A stretch of DNA of 64,000 bases from Myxococcota bacterium (GTDB lineage Bacteria > Myxococcota_A > UBA796 > CAJQPC01), in assembly GCA_036229005.1 (NCBI GenBank), contig JAZAMN010000064.1, forward strand, positions 32,001 to 96,000, read 5' to 3'. Made by a program: the position numbers and the translations under genes. Every line of letters starts with the position of its first letter. The first letter of the stretch is position 1. A model generated the notes under the pieces. That model did no database searches and was not told the DNA's origin. It saw only the letters and a program-made list of their open reading frames with translations. Positions 26,072-34,646 of this stretch are shown here, piece by piece.

Positions 26072-28695
26072 GCGACAGCAACTTTGCCCCCTTGGACCGC
26101 CCCGCGCAGGAGCTCGCCGAGCTCGGCCGCTTGGCAGAGCGAGCCTTCGCCCAGGACCCCCGCGCGGCCATGTCGCACCTGCGCCTCTTTGGGGAGCGCA
26201 TGGCGCTGGCCCTGCTGGATGTGTATCGCCTGCCCATCTACGCCGAGTCGCAGGTGGACCGGCTGCGGCGGCTGCGTCAGCAGACCAGCATGGGGCCGCG
26301 GGTGCTGGACCAGCTCCACACCCTGCGTCAGGAGGGCAACAAGGCGGTGCACGCCTACGGTCGGGTGTCGCATTCTGAGGCCATGCGCATGCTGCGCGCG
26401 GCGCACGCGCTGACCCGCTGGTACTGGAAGGAGCACACCGCCAAGCAGCCGCCCAAGCCGGGGGAGTTCATCAAGCCCACGGCCAGCGGGGACCGCCGCC
26501 AGGCGGCCATCCTCAAGGCCCAGCTGGACGCTGAGCGCGTCCAGCGCAAGCGGCAGCATGAGCAGGTGCAGGACCTGCTGCGCATGCTGGACATGCCCCA
26601 GGTGGCCTTCTTCGCGGGGGTGCGGGACTGCTTTCAGGGCCTGGACGAGGACACCCAGGCCCAGATGGAGGTCTTCCTCAAGCTCTTCCGGGAGGAGCCC
26701 CTGCACGAGGACTGGCCCCTGGAGACGCCCCAGGGCATGGCGGACCCCAAGGTGCGCTTTGTGCGACAGCACGGGCTGGTGGTCACCGTGGTGGAGTCGC
26801 CCCGCGGGGAGCTGCTGGTGGTCGCCCACTTGGGCACCCAGGAGCAGGCCACCGAGTGGGCCAACGGCCGGCGCTTTCAGGTGCACCCCATCACCGGCAC
26901 GCTGCAGGTCTTTGACGTGCAGGAGGCTGAGCAGGCTGCCCCGCAGAGCGCCAAGGGCTCGCTGCTGCAGAGCTTTGACGACACCAGCCTGACCTCGCTT
27001 GGGCTACCGGCAGCGCTGCTGCCGGCCGTTCGCAGCCTGGACACGGTCGCAGAGCTGGATGGGTTGGCCCCCCACCTTCCGCCAGAGGCATCCGACGCGC
27101 TCTACCTGCTGGCCGCTGGATACACCTTGGAGGAGACCCGCGCGGAGCTGCAGGGCGCGCCGCCTGAGGCCGAGACCGCCGAGCCCGTCGAGATCGACGA
27201 GCAGGACTTCGCCGCGGCGGTGCATCACCCGGACTCCCAGCGCAGCTTCAAGCTGCCCGAGGACAGCGGCGATCTGGAGGCGGTGCTCAGTGGGAGCGTG
27301 GAGGCCTGGCGCCTGTACCTGCACCCCGATCAGCAGAAGCTGGTGCGCATGAACGCCAACGGCCCCGTCCGGGTGCTGGGTGGCGCGGGCACCGGCAAGA
27401 CCGTGGCGCTGATGCATCGGACCAAGGTGCTGCTGGAGGAGCGCTTTGTGCGACAGGAGCGCGTGCTGGTGACCACCTACACGCGGAACCTGGCCAGCGA
27501 TCTGGAGCACCACCTGCGACAGCTGCTGGAGCCTGCGGACCTGGCGCGCCTGGAGGTCGTCAACTTCCACGCGCTGAGCGCGCGGCTCTGGGCCGAGCAC
27601 GGCAACGGCAAGTCCATCGCGCGGCAGCGGCACCAGGACCAGGCCTGGGAGACGGCCATGACCCACGAGAGCTTGGGGCTGCCCATCAGCTTCTATCAGG
27701 ACGAGTTCGCACAGATCCTGCTGGGTCAGGACATCACCCAGGAGCGCGCGTACCTCAAGGCGCGGCGCACAGGACGGGGAGTCCCCCTGGGGAGGGCGCA
27801 GCGGCGACAGGCCTGGACTGTGTTTGAAGCCTACCGGCGCGACCTGGACGACCACGCACAGATCGAGCACGGAGACGCCCTGCGCATCCTGCGCGAGCGC
27901 TACGAATCGGGTGAGATCCAGGGCCCCTTCGCGGCCGCCCTCGCGGACGAGGTGCAGGACTTCGGGGCGCCGGAGCTGCGCTTTCTGCGGGCCTTCATCC
28001 CGGCGGGGCCGGACGATGTGTTCCTGGTCGGGGACGCGCACCAGCGCATCTACGGGAGCCCGGTGCGCATGGGCAAGTGTGGCATCGAGATCCGGGGCCG
28101 CTCGCGCCGGCTCAAGGTCAACTACCGCACCACCGCGCAGGTCAAGGACTGGGCCGTCGCCGCGCTCGAGGGCCTGGAGGTGGACGACATGGACGGCGGC
28201 CAGGACACCCTGCGGGGCTACCACTCGCTGCGCACCGGGCCGGCTCCGCGGGTCCTGATGCACGGCAACCGGGAGCAGGAGCTGGCCGCCATCCGGGATC
28301 AGGTGCGCCGCTGGATTCAGCAGGACGCCCCTGAGCACGTCTGTGTCGCCGCGCGCACCAACAAGCTGGCCAAGGACATCGCGGAGGATCTGGTGGCCTC
28401 CGAGATCCCCTGTGTGGTGCTGGAGACCGACGCCAGCGCGTCGGGGGAGGGGGTGCGCATCGCGACCTTCCACCGGCTCAAGGGGCTGGAGTTCCCGCGG
28501 GTCCTGCTGGCTGGCGTCGAGAGCGGGCTGATGCCCCTCCGCATCCGAGGCTTCTCGACGATGGACCAAGACAGCAAGACCCGCTGGGACCAGCGGGAGC
28601 GCTGCCTGCTCTACGTGGCCGCTACGCGCGCTCGGGACGAGCTGGTGGTGACCGGCAGCGGCGCGACCTCCGAGTTCCTGGGGGAGGGGAGCTGA
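26068..28695 (+). CDS. UvrD/SF1 helicase with N-terminal DUF4145-like and degenerate RelE-like domains
   Basis: N-terminus SNFAPL...LAERAFAQDP...LRLFGE resembles the type I HsdR N-terminal domain; LRQEGNKAVH; SF1 motifs GGAGTGKT, DEVQD, GDAHQRIY, NYRT, TFHRLKGLEF, LLYVAATRAR. Confidence 0.88.
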   Translation: MSDSNFAPLDRPAQELAELGRLAERAFAQDPRAAMSHLRLFGERMALALLDVYRLPIYAESQVDRLRRLRQQTSMGPRVLDQLHTLRQEGNKAVHAYGRVSHSEAMRMLRAAHALTRWYWKEHTAKQPPKPGEFIKPTASGDRRQAAILKAQLDAERVQRKRQHEQVQDLLRMLDMPQVAFFAGVRDCFQGLDEDTQAQMEVFLKLFREEPLHEDWPLETPQGMADPKVRFVRQHGLVVTVVESPRGELLVVAHLGTQEQATEWANGRRFQVHPITGTLQVFDVQEAEQAAPQSAKGSLLQSFDDTSLTSLGLPAALLPAVRSLDTVAELDGLAPHLPPEASDALYLLAAGYTLEETRAELQGAPPEAETAEPVEIDEQDFAAAVHHPDSQRSFKLPEDSGDLEAVLSGSVEAWRLYLHPDQQKLVRMNANGPVRVLGGAGTGKTVALMHRTKVLLEERFVRQERVLVTTYTRNLASDLEHHLRQLLEPADLARLEVVNFHALSARLWAEHGNGKSIARQRHQDQAWETAMTHESLGLPISFYQDEFAQILLGQDITQERAYLKARRTGRGVPLGRAQRRQAWTVFEAYRRDLDDHAQIEHGDALRILRERYESGEIQGPFAAALADEVQDFGAPELRFLRAFIPAGPDDVFLVGDAHQRIYGSPVRMGKCGIEIRGRSRRLKVNYRTTAQVKDWAVAALEGLEVDDMDGGQDTLRGYHSLRTGPAPRVLMHGNREQELAAIRDQVRRWIQQDAPEHVCVAARTNKLAKDIAEDLVASEIPCVVLETDASASGEGVRIATFHRLKGLEFPRVLLAGVESGLMPLRIRGFSTMDQDSKTRWDQRERCLLYVAATRARDELVVTGSGATSEFLGEGS

Positions 28696-29321
28696 TGTGG
28701 GGACCGCTGCAGGCGCTGTCTCGGCGTCGGTCTGTGTTTCATTCCGAGGCGGACTTCCAGTTCGAGCTGGCCACCGAGCTGCGGGAGCTAGGGTGGACCG
28801 AGATCCGCCTGGAGCGCCCCGCGCCCGGGCAGTCGGGTCGCATCTACGTGGACATCGTTGCGCGGGACCCGGATGGCGTGCGCTGGGCCATCGAGCTCAA
28901 GTACTGGACCCGCAAGCTGGAGCTCACCCTGGGCGACGACGTATTCGAGCTGCGGGACCAGTCCGCTCATGACCTGAACCGGTACGCGTTCTGCAAGGAC
29001 CTGGCGCGGGTTCAGCGCTTGGTGGCAGAGGGTGTCGCGCAGCGGGGGCGGGTCATCGCGCTGACCAACGACTCGGCCTACTGGAAGCCCGGGCGCTCGG
29101 AGCAGTGCTTGGATGCGGCGTTCCGCATTCACGAGGGCCGCGAGCTGTCCGGTGTGCTGGACTGGACCCGTGAGAGCGGGACCACCAAGGGAAAGGGGCC
29201 CTTGGCGCTGTCGAGCCCGGTCGCGCTGGCTTGGGAGGACTTCTGTGAGCTGGATGGGAAGCGGGGGCGCTTCCGCTTGTTGGACGTGCGCATTCCAGAG
29301 AGTGCGCACCCGCCGGGGTGA
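28695..29321 (+). CDS. Putative PD-(D/E)XK restriction-endonuclease-fold protein
   Basis: FHSEADFQFELA...YVDI...IELKY pattern; TGATG coupling to the UvrD gene; its stop codon lies inside the right direct repeat. Confidence 0.7.
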   Translation: MWGPLQALSRRRSVFHSEADFQFELATELRELGWTEIRLERPAPGQSGRIYVDIVARDPDGVRWAIELKYWTRKLELTLGDDVFELRDQSAHDLNRYAFCKDLARVQRLVAEGVAQRGRVIALTNDSAYWKPGRSEQCLDAAFRIHEGRELSGVLDWTRESGTTKGKGPLALSSPVALAWEDFCELDGKRGRFRLLDVRIPESAHPPG

Positions 29322-29322
29322 G
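29306..29322 (+). repeat. Right 17-bp direct repeat (attR-like) of the defence island
   Basis: GCACCCGCCGGGGTGAG, identical to 8228-8244. Confidence 0.8.
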
Positions 29323-29326
29323 CGGC

Positions 29327-29332
29327 TACAAT
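29327..29332 (+). promoter_or_regulatory. -10 element (TACAAT) of a probable leaderless promoter
   Basis: TACAAT, then 6 nt, then ATG at 29339; no Shine-Dalgarno sequence in the spacer. Confidence 0.6.
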
Positions 29333-29338
29333 TCCGCC

Positions 29339-30406
29339 ATGCTCCTCCCCCTGCTTTTCGCCTGCACCGCCCCCACCGAAGACACCGCCGCCAGCGAGCA
29401 CTACGACGCGCCGGACAGCGCGGGGAGCTTCACGGCGGTGAGCTATCAGTCCACCGTGACGGCGCGTGGCGGGGAGACGCTGCCGGTGCAGGTCTGGTAC
29501 CCCTCGCGGGAGGGTGACCTCGGGGATGTGGTCGAGTACGACGGGATCTGGACGGACCAGGCGCGCTCGCAGGGTGAGGCCGCCTGTGGGGTCCCCCGGC
29601 CGGTCATCCTCTTCTCCCACGGGAACGGGGGCGTGCGCTGGCAGTCGACCTTCTTCACGGAGATGGCGGCGGCCCACGGGTACATCGTGGTGGCGCCCGA
29701 CCACGTGGGGAACACGCTGACGGACATCGGCGATGTGGACCGCGACACGGTGGCGCTGCGGCGGCCCCACGACATCCAGGACGCCTATGAGTGGCTGCTC
29801 AGTGAGTCCTCGACGGTGGGATCGCGGCTGTATGGGTGTGCGCAGGAGTCCGATGGCTATGCGGTGGTGGGACACAGCTTTGGGGGCTTCACCAGCCTCT
29901 TCCTCTCCGGAGCTCAGATCGACACGGCGGCCCTGAGCAGCGCGTGCGAGACGGACGGCGGCGGCTGGCTCTGCGGGATCCCGGAGATCGCCCAGGAGGC
30001 GGTGGTCTCCCGCAAGGACGAGCGCATCTGGGCGGCGGTGCCGATGACGCCGGTGGGGGCGCAGACCTTCGGGGCGCAGCTCAGCGCGCAGGACACGCCG
30101 ATCCTGGTGCTGGGTGGGGAGCTGGACGACCTGACGACGATGGCCCAGCAGGTCACGCCGATCTACGAGGGGGTGGGGGGCAGCCCGGCCTACCTGGCGA
30201 CGCTGGAGGGCGCGGGCCACTACTCCTTCTCGGTGATGTGCTCGCTGGTGCCGAGCTTCAACGGCTGCGGCGAGGGCTTCCTGGACCACGAGACGACGAT
30301 CCGGGTGACCAACGAGCTGACCCTGGGCTTCTTGGGCGAGCAGCGGGGCTACGAGGCCTCGGCGTTCCTGCCCACCGAGGGCCCCGTGGAGTGGACCGCG
30401 CGCTGA
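29339..30406 (+). CDS. Alpha/beta-hydrolase lipoprotein (PAF-acetylhydrolase/dienelactone-hydrolase-like)
   Basis: Signal MLLPLLFAC; VWYP, PVILFSHG, VVAPDH, nucleophile GHSFGG, GELD, GAGHYSF. Confidence 0.85.
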   Translation: MLLPLLFACTAPTEDTAASEHYDAPDSAGSFTAVSYQSTVTARGGETLPVQVWYPSREGDLGDVVEYDGIWTDQARSQGEAACGVPRPVILFSHGNGGVRWQSTFFTEMAAAHGYIVVAPDHVGNTLTDIGDVDRDTVALRRPHDIQDAYEWLLSESSTVGSRLYGCAQESDGYAVVGHSFGGFTSLFLSGAQIDTAALSSACETDGGGWLCGIPEIAQEAVVSRKDERIWAAVPMTPVGAQTFGAQLSAQDTPILVLGGELDDLTTMAQQVTPIYEGVGGSPAYLATLEGAGHYSFSVMCSLVPSFNGCGEGFLDHETTIRVTNELTLGFLGEQRGYEASAFLPTEGPVEWTAR

Positions 30407-30433
30407 ACGCACGCGGAGCCTGGGGGGCGCCCG

Positions 30434-31240
30434 TCAGTACATGAGCTTGCGCTGCTTCTGGACCTCGTTGGAGAACCAGGGGCCGGAGCTGACGGGGGCG
30501 AAGTCCTGCTGGATGGCCTCTTCGGCGGGCATGTCCTCGATGTAGCCCATGGACCGGAGTCCGTAGTCGACCGCCCAGTCCTGGCGCTCGATGGACTGCA
30601 GGACCTCCAGGGGGACGACGACCTGCTCGGGGCCCATGGACAGGGCGAGGGTCATGGAGTCGTCGGCCAGCGGGCCCTGGAGCACGGTGCCGGAGTCCAG
30701 CTCGATGCGCCAGTCGCCGGTGGGATCGCCGCTGATGGGGGTCATGGACGCGCACTCGGTCAGGAAGGGCGCGAAGGTGCCCAGAGTGCTGTCGATGCGG
30801 ATGCGGGTGGTGCGGGGGTCGACCAGGAAGTCGTCGCCGTGGGTGGTCTGGACGCGGACGACCTCGTGCTCGGGCCAGGCCTGGGGGCCCTGGGTCTGCA
30901 CGCGCATGAGCTCCTGGGTGGGGAGCTCGACGCCGACGCGCTCACCGCCGACCTCGATGTTCAGGGCGAGCTCGGGGGAGCTCCACTTGCCGCGCAGCTC
31001 GCTGCCGTTGCGCAGCCAGACGGTGACGTGGCCGCTGCTGCCCGCCAGATCCCCGCCCTCTACCGGGGCGATCTCGCCGACGTCCTCCAGGGGGATCCGC
31101 AGGGTGCCCAGGCCGCCCTCCAGCTCCAGGGTGGGGGTCTGGATTGCGCCGACGACGACCTGGCCGTCTTCGAGGGTGGTGCGCAGCGGGAAGGCCTCCT
31201 TCTGGGAGAAGCAGGCGGTCAGGGCGAGCAGTAGGGTCAT
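30434..31240 (-). CDS. Hypothetical lipoprotein with duplicated beta-rich modules
   Basis: ATG at 31240 after GGAG; signal MTLLLALTAC; two similar segments VWLRNGSELRG and IELDSGTVLQG. Confidence 0.6.
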   Translation of the reverse strand: MTLLLALTACFSQKEAFPLRTTLEDGQVVVGAIQTPTLELEGGLGTLRIPLEDVGEIAPVEGGDLAGSSGHVTVWLRNGSELRGKWSSPELALNIEVGGERVGVELPTQELMRVQTQGPQAWPEHEVVRVQTTHGDDFLVDPRTTRIRIDSTLGTFAPFLTECASMTPISGDPTGDWRIELDSGTVLQGPLADDSMTLALSMGPEQVVVPLEVLQSIERQDWAVDYGLRSMGYIEDMPAEEAIQQDFAPVSSGPWFSNEVQKQRKLMY

Positions 31241-31358
31241 GTTGGCTCCGGAGCTTCGCGGGGGGAACGTCGGAGCGGCGGGGGAGCTTACAGGTTCAAC
31301 CTTGATAGAGTTCGAGGGGCAGCGGATGGGCTGCCGGCTCGGGAATGGGGAGCGAACC

Positions 31359-34300
31359 GTGTCGTTGTTGTTGGCCCTGCAGGTGTTCGGAGGCGTCGCT
31401 GCCGGACAGTCCATGATCCAGGATCACTGGACCATGCGGCAGGGGCTCCCGCAGAACTCGGTCACGGACCTGGCGCAGGACGACCAGGGCTACGTCTGGC
31501 TCGCCACCTACGGCGGCGTGGTGCGCTTTGACGGGCGGAGCTTCTCGGCCGTGCAGGTCCCCGGGCTCACCGCGCAGCGCTTTCTGACGCTGTGGGTGGA
31601 CAGCGAGCGGGTCTGGCTGGGCTCGGAGGCCGGGGGGCTCTACCTGCTGGCCGATGGGCGGGCGCAGGCCATCGGGCCGGAGGAGGAGACCTGGGCGATC
31701 GCCCCGGGGCTGGACGGCGAGCGCTTGTGGATCGCCAGTCGCTATGAGGTTTTCTCGGTCTCTCGGTGGGGGGAGCCGGAGCTCGGCGAGCGCCTCGACG
31801 TCCAGGTGCGGGCGTTCCACCCCTGGGGCGATGGCCTCGTGGGAATCGGCGGCGCCGGGAGCGCGATCTGTGTCGAGGGGGACTGCGGGGACTTCCCGCA
31901 GGGGCCTCCGCTAGGCGGGGTGCAGCGCTGGGTGGGGGACGGCGAGCGCTTCCCGCTGGTGGCCTCGACGGCGGAGGGGGTCTACCGCTTGGAGCAGGGC
32001 CAGTGGGTGGAGCTGGTGAGCCTGGATGCCCCCAGCCGCTACCTGCCCATCCCTTGCGCCTACTGGGAGCAGGAGCTCTGGTGCTCGATCCAGGGGGCGC
32101 CCTTTCGACCGGGGGTCGACCCGGTGGAGCGGGAGCGGGTGTTCGCAGCGAGCCTGATGGTGGACCAGGAGCACGGGCTCTGGGTGGGGACCGACGGCGC
32201 CGGCGTCTACCGCCACCAGAAATCCGGGGTGGACCGACCGGGCCCCCGGGAGCCGGTGCTGGGGGTGGGGCCGGCTGGGGACGACGAGGTCTGGGCCTGG
32301 ATCGGGCTCCGGGCGCTCTCGATCTCGCTGCGTGACGGGCAGGTCAGCGGCCAGGCGGAGCTGGACGATCTGGGCAACCTGTGGACCGCCGGCGAGCGCA
32401 CGCTGGTCGCCTCGAAGGGCCGAATCGGCGTGCTGGAGCCCAGCGGCCAGGTGCGCTGGCTTCCTGGGGGGCTCAGCGACGAATACATGCAACCGGCGGC
32501 GGAGGGGCCCTGGTTCGGGCAGGGGGCGGAGCTGTTCTGGGTGGGGGAGCGGGAGCTGAAACGCGTGACCTCGCTGGCGGGCGAAGGGGTAGAGGTGGTG
32601 GTGCCTCTGCGCGGCGATGACCAGGGGGTGTGGGTGCAGGGTGACCGTCACCTGCTGCTGCTCCTCGACAGCCAGGGCAAGGTGCTGGAGCGGATCCCGA
32701 TGGAGGAGCCGGCCAAGGCGCGCGACGTCCACCCCCGGGCCGCCGGGGGCATCTGGGTGGCGACCTACGGAGGCGGCATCCTGGCGGTGGAGCAGGGCCG
32801 GGTGGTCGGTCGGGTGGGGCTGGCCGAGGGGGGCTGCGATGACATGGTCTCGCACTTCTTCACGCTGCCGGGGGACCCCTCGATCTGGGTCAACACGAAC
32901 CGTGGGCTGGGGCGGCTGGACGAGGCCACCCTGGAGGAGGCGCTGGCCGGGAGGGGGCTCGCGAACTGCCACCTGCAGGGCTCACCGGAGGGCAACGGGC
33001 CGCGGGGCTTCGTGAGCGCGCAGGGGCAGATCGTCGCCCCGTCCATCGAGGGGCTGGTGGTGCTGGATCCGGCCCAGGCCAACGAGCAGAGCCCGCCGCG
33101 CGTGCTGCTGGAGTCGCTCTACTACGGGACGCTGCCACTGGAGGAGGGCGACCACGTCCAGGGGCGGGGAAACCTGACGGTGGAGCTCTCAGGCATCTAC
33201 TTTCGGGACCCGCACATCCTGCGCTTCCGCTATCGCTTGCTGGGGCTCGATGATCAGTGGTCGGAGCTCGAGGGCGGCGACCTGCGCGTCACCGGCCTCC
33301 CGCCCGGGGAGTACACCCTCCAGATCCAGGCCCGCGCGGACGGCGCTTGGGGCCCGATGGTCCAGCGCAGCTTTGTGCGGGAGGCGAGCTGGATGGAGCG
33401 CCCGGTGTTCAGCGTCTGGCTGCCGCTGGGGCTGAGCGTCGGGGTCATGTCCGTGCTGGGCTCCGCCTTGGTCCTGGCCCGGCGCCGCACCGGAGAGCTG
33501 CAGGCCGAAGTGCAGCGGCGTGAGCGGGTGCAAGGGGAGCTCGCCGAGCAGCAGCGGGAGAACCAGGAGATCCAGGCCGCCATCGAGGCCGGCCGGCGCA
33601 TGGACTCCCTGGGCCGCCTGAGCGCGGGCATGGCCCACGACTTCAACAACCTGTTCACCGTGGTGCGTCTGCACGCCGCCATCCTGGAGGGGCACGAAGA
33701 CCCCGAGGTCCAGGAAGAGGCCCGCGGCCTGATCGAGGTGGTCGAGTCCGGCGCCGACGTGGCCAAGGGGCTGCTCACCTTCGGGCGGGGCTCCTCCGAC
33801 AGCCTCGGGAGCGCCCCCATCTGCGAGGCCGCTCGCGCGCGCATCCCTCTGCTGCGGCGCCTGATCCGGGCGAACCTCCAGATCATCGACGGCGTCTGCC
33901 TGGAGGACGATGTCCACGTGGGGATCAGCCGCGGCCAGGTGGACCAGATCCTCACCAACCTGGTCCTCAACGCCCGCGACGCCACCCCTGGCCCCGGGCG
34001 CATCTGGGTCGAGGTCAACGTCCAAGGCGACTCCGCCTGCCTGCAGGTCCGAGACGAGGGACTGGGCATGCAGCCCCACGAGCTGGGCCGCGCCCTGGAG
34101 CCCTACTTCACCACCAAGACCCTGGGCCGGGGCACCGGGCTGGGGCTGTCCACCATCCACGGCATCGTCCGCAGCGTCGGCGGCAGCTTCGAGCTGGAGT
34201 CCGAGCCCGGCAGCGGCACCACCGCCCGGGTCCTGCTGCCCATCGTCGAGCCCGGCGTTCAGGACGCCCCCCAACAGGCCCCCAAGGACATCGACCTGAG

Positions 34301-34646
34301 CGGTCTGCGCCTGCTGGTGGTCGACGACAACCTGGACCTGCTGCGCTCCATCAAGGTCTACCTGGAGGAGGCCGGCGTGCAGGTCATCGCCTTCGACCAG
34401 CCCCTCAAGGTCCTGGATCGCCTCGCCGAGCGCCCCTTGGACCTGGTGCTGCTCGACGTCGTGATGCCCGGCATCTCCGGCCCCGATCTGCGGGACGCCC
34501 TGATCCGGGAGCGCCCCGGCCTCCGCGTGGTCTTCATGAGCGGCTACACCGGCAGGGAAGCCGGCCTGCGACCCAGCGATCGCCTCCTCCAGAAGCCCTT
34601 CTCCCCCGAGCAGCTCAAGGCCGCCCTGGCGCGCGCTATCGCTTGA
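31359..34646 (+). CDS. Hybrid sensor histidine kinase/response regulator with periplasmic beta-propeller and Y_Y_Y domain
   Basis: GLPQNSVTDLAQDDQGYVWLATYGGVVRFDG; FRYRL...LPPGEYTLQI; a TM segment; H-box AHDFNN; NLVLNARDA, DEGLGM, FTTK, GTGLGL; receiver VVDD...LDVVMP...SGY...KP. Start moved to GTG 31359 after GGGGAG. Confidence 0.9.
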   Translation: MSLLLALQVFGGVAAGQSMIQDHWTMRQGLPQNSVTDLAQDDQGYVWLATYGGVVRFDGRSFSAVQVPGLTAQRFLTLWVDSERVWLGSEAGGLYLLADGRAQAIGPEEETWAIAPGLDGERLWIASRYEVFSVSRWGEPELGERLDVQVRAFHPWGDGLVGIGGAGSAICVEGDCGDFPQGPPLGGVQRWVGDGERFPLVASTAEGVYRLEQGQWVELVSLDAPSRYLPIPCAYWEQELWCSIQGAPFRPGVDPVERERVFAASLMVDQEHGLWVGTDGAGVYRHQKSGVDRPGPREPVLGVGPAGDDEVWAWIGLRALSISLRDGQVSGQAELDDLGNLWTAGERTLVASKGRIGVLEPSGQVRWLPGGLSDEYMQPAAEGPWFGQGAELFWVGERELKRVTSLAGEGVEVVVPLRGDDQGVWVQGDRHLLLLLDSQGKVLERIPMEEPAKARDVHPRAAGGIWVATYGGGILAVEQGRVVGRVGLAEGGCDDMVSHFFTLPGDPSIWVNTNRGLGRLDEATLEEALAGRGLANCHLQGSPEGNGPRGFVSAQGQIVAPSIEGLVVLDPAQANEQSPPRVLLESLYYGTLPLEEGDHVQGRGNLTVELSGIYFRDPHILRFRYRLLGLDDQWSELEGGDLRVTGLPPGEYTLQIQARADGAWGPMVQRSFVREASWMERPVFSVWLPLGLSVGVMSVLGSALVLARRRTGELQAEVQRRERVQGELAEQQRENQEIQAAIEAGRRMDSLGRLSAGMAHDFNNLFTVVRLHAAILEGHEDPEVQEEARGLIEVVESGADVAKGLLTFGRGSSDSLGSAPICEAARARIPLLRRLIRANLQIIDGVCLEDDVHVGISRGQVDQILTNLVLNARDATPGPGRIWVEVNVQGDSACLQVRDEGLGMQPHELGRALEPYFTTKTLGRGTGLGLSTIHGIVRSVGGSFELESEPGSGTTARVLLPIVEPGVQDAPQQAPKDIDLSGLRLLVVDDNLDLLRSIKVYLEEAGVQVIAFDQPLKVLDRLAERPLDLVLLDVVMPGISGPDLRDALIRERPGLRVVFMSGYTGREAGLRPSDRLLQKPFSPEQLKAALARAIA

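Larger units (their letters stand above)
8245..29305. mobile_element. ~21-kb defence genomic island (no integrase seen)
   Basis: Exact 17-bp flanking direct repeats; content is nucleases, helicases, a methyltransferase and one small unknown; composition visibly shifts at 8245. Confidence 0.7.

Noticed and set aside
8245..29305. Integrase, transposase or prophage genes in the island
   Set aside because: No tyrosine/serine recombinase, DDE or phage structural motifs were recognised.
12240..29321. Calling the operon canonical DISARM, Druantia or BREX
   Set aside because: No PLD (DrmC) and no separate DrmB; no recognisable Druantia partner genes; no PglZ or BrxC. Gene symbols withheld.
30591..31358. 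N-terminal extension of the sensor kinase in the ORF track, and extension of the minus ORF to 31414
   Set aside because: The two extensions overlap each other's genes; starts at 31359 (+) and 31240 (-) have ribosome-binding sites and signal peptides.
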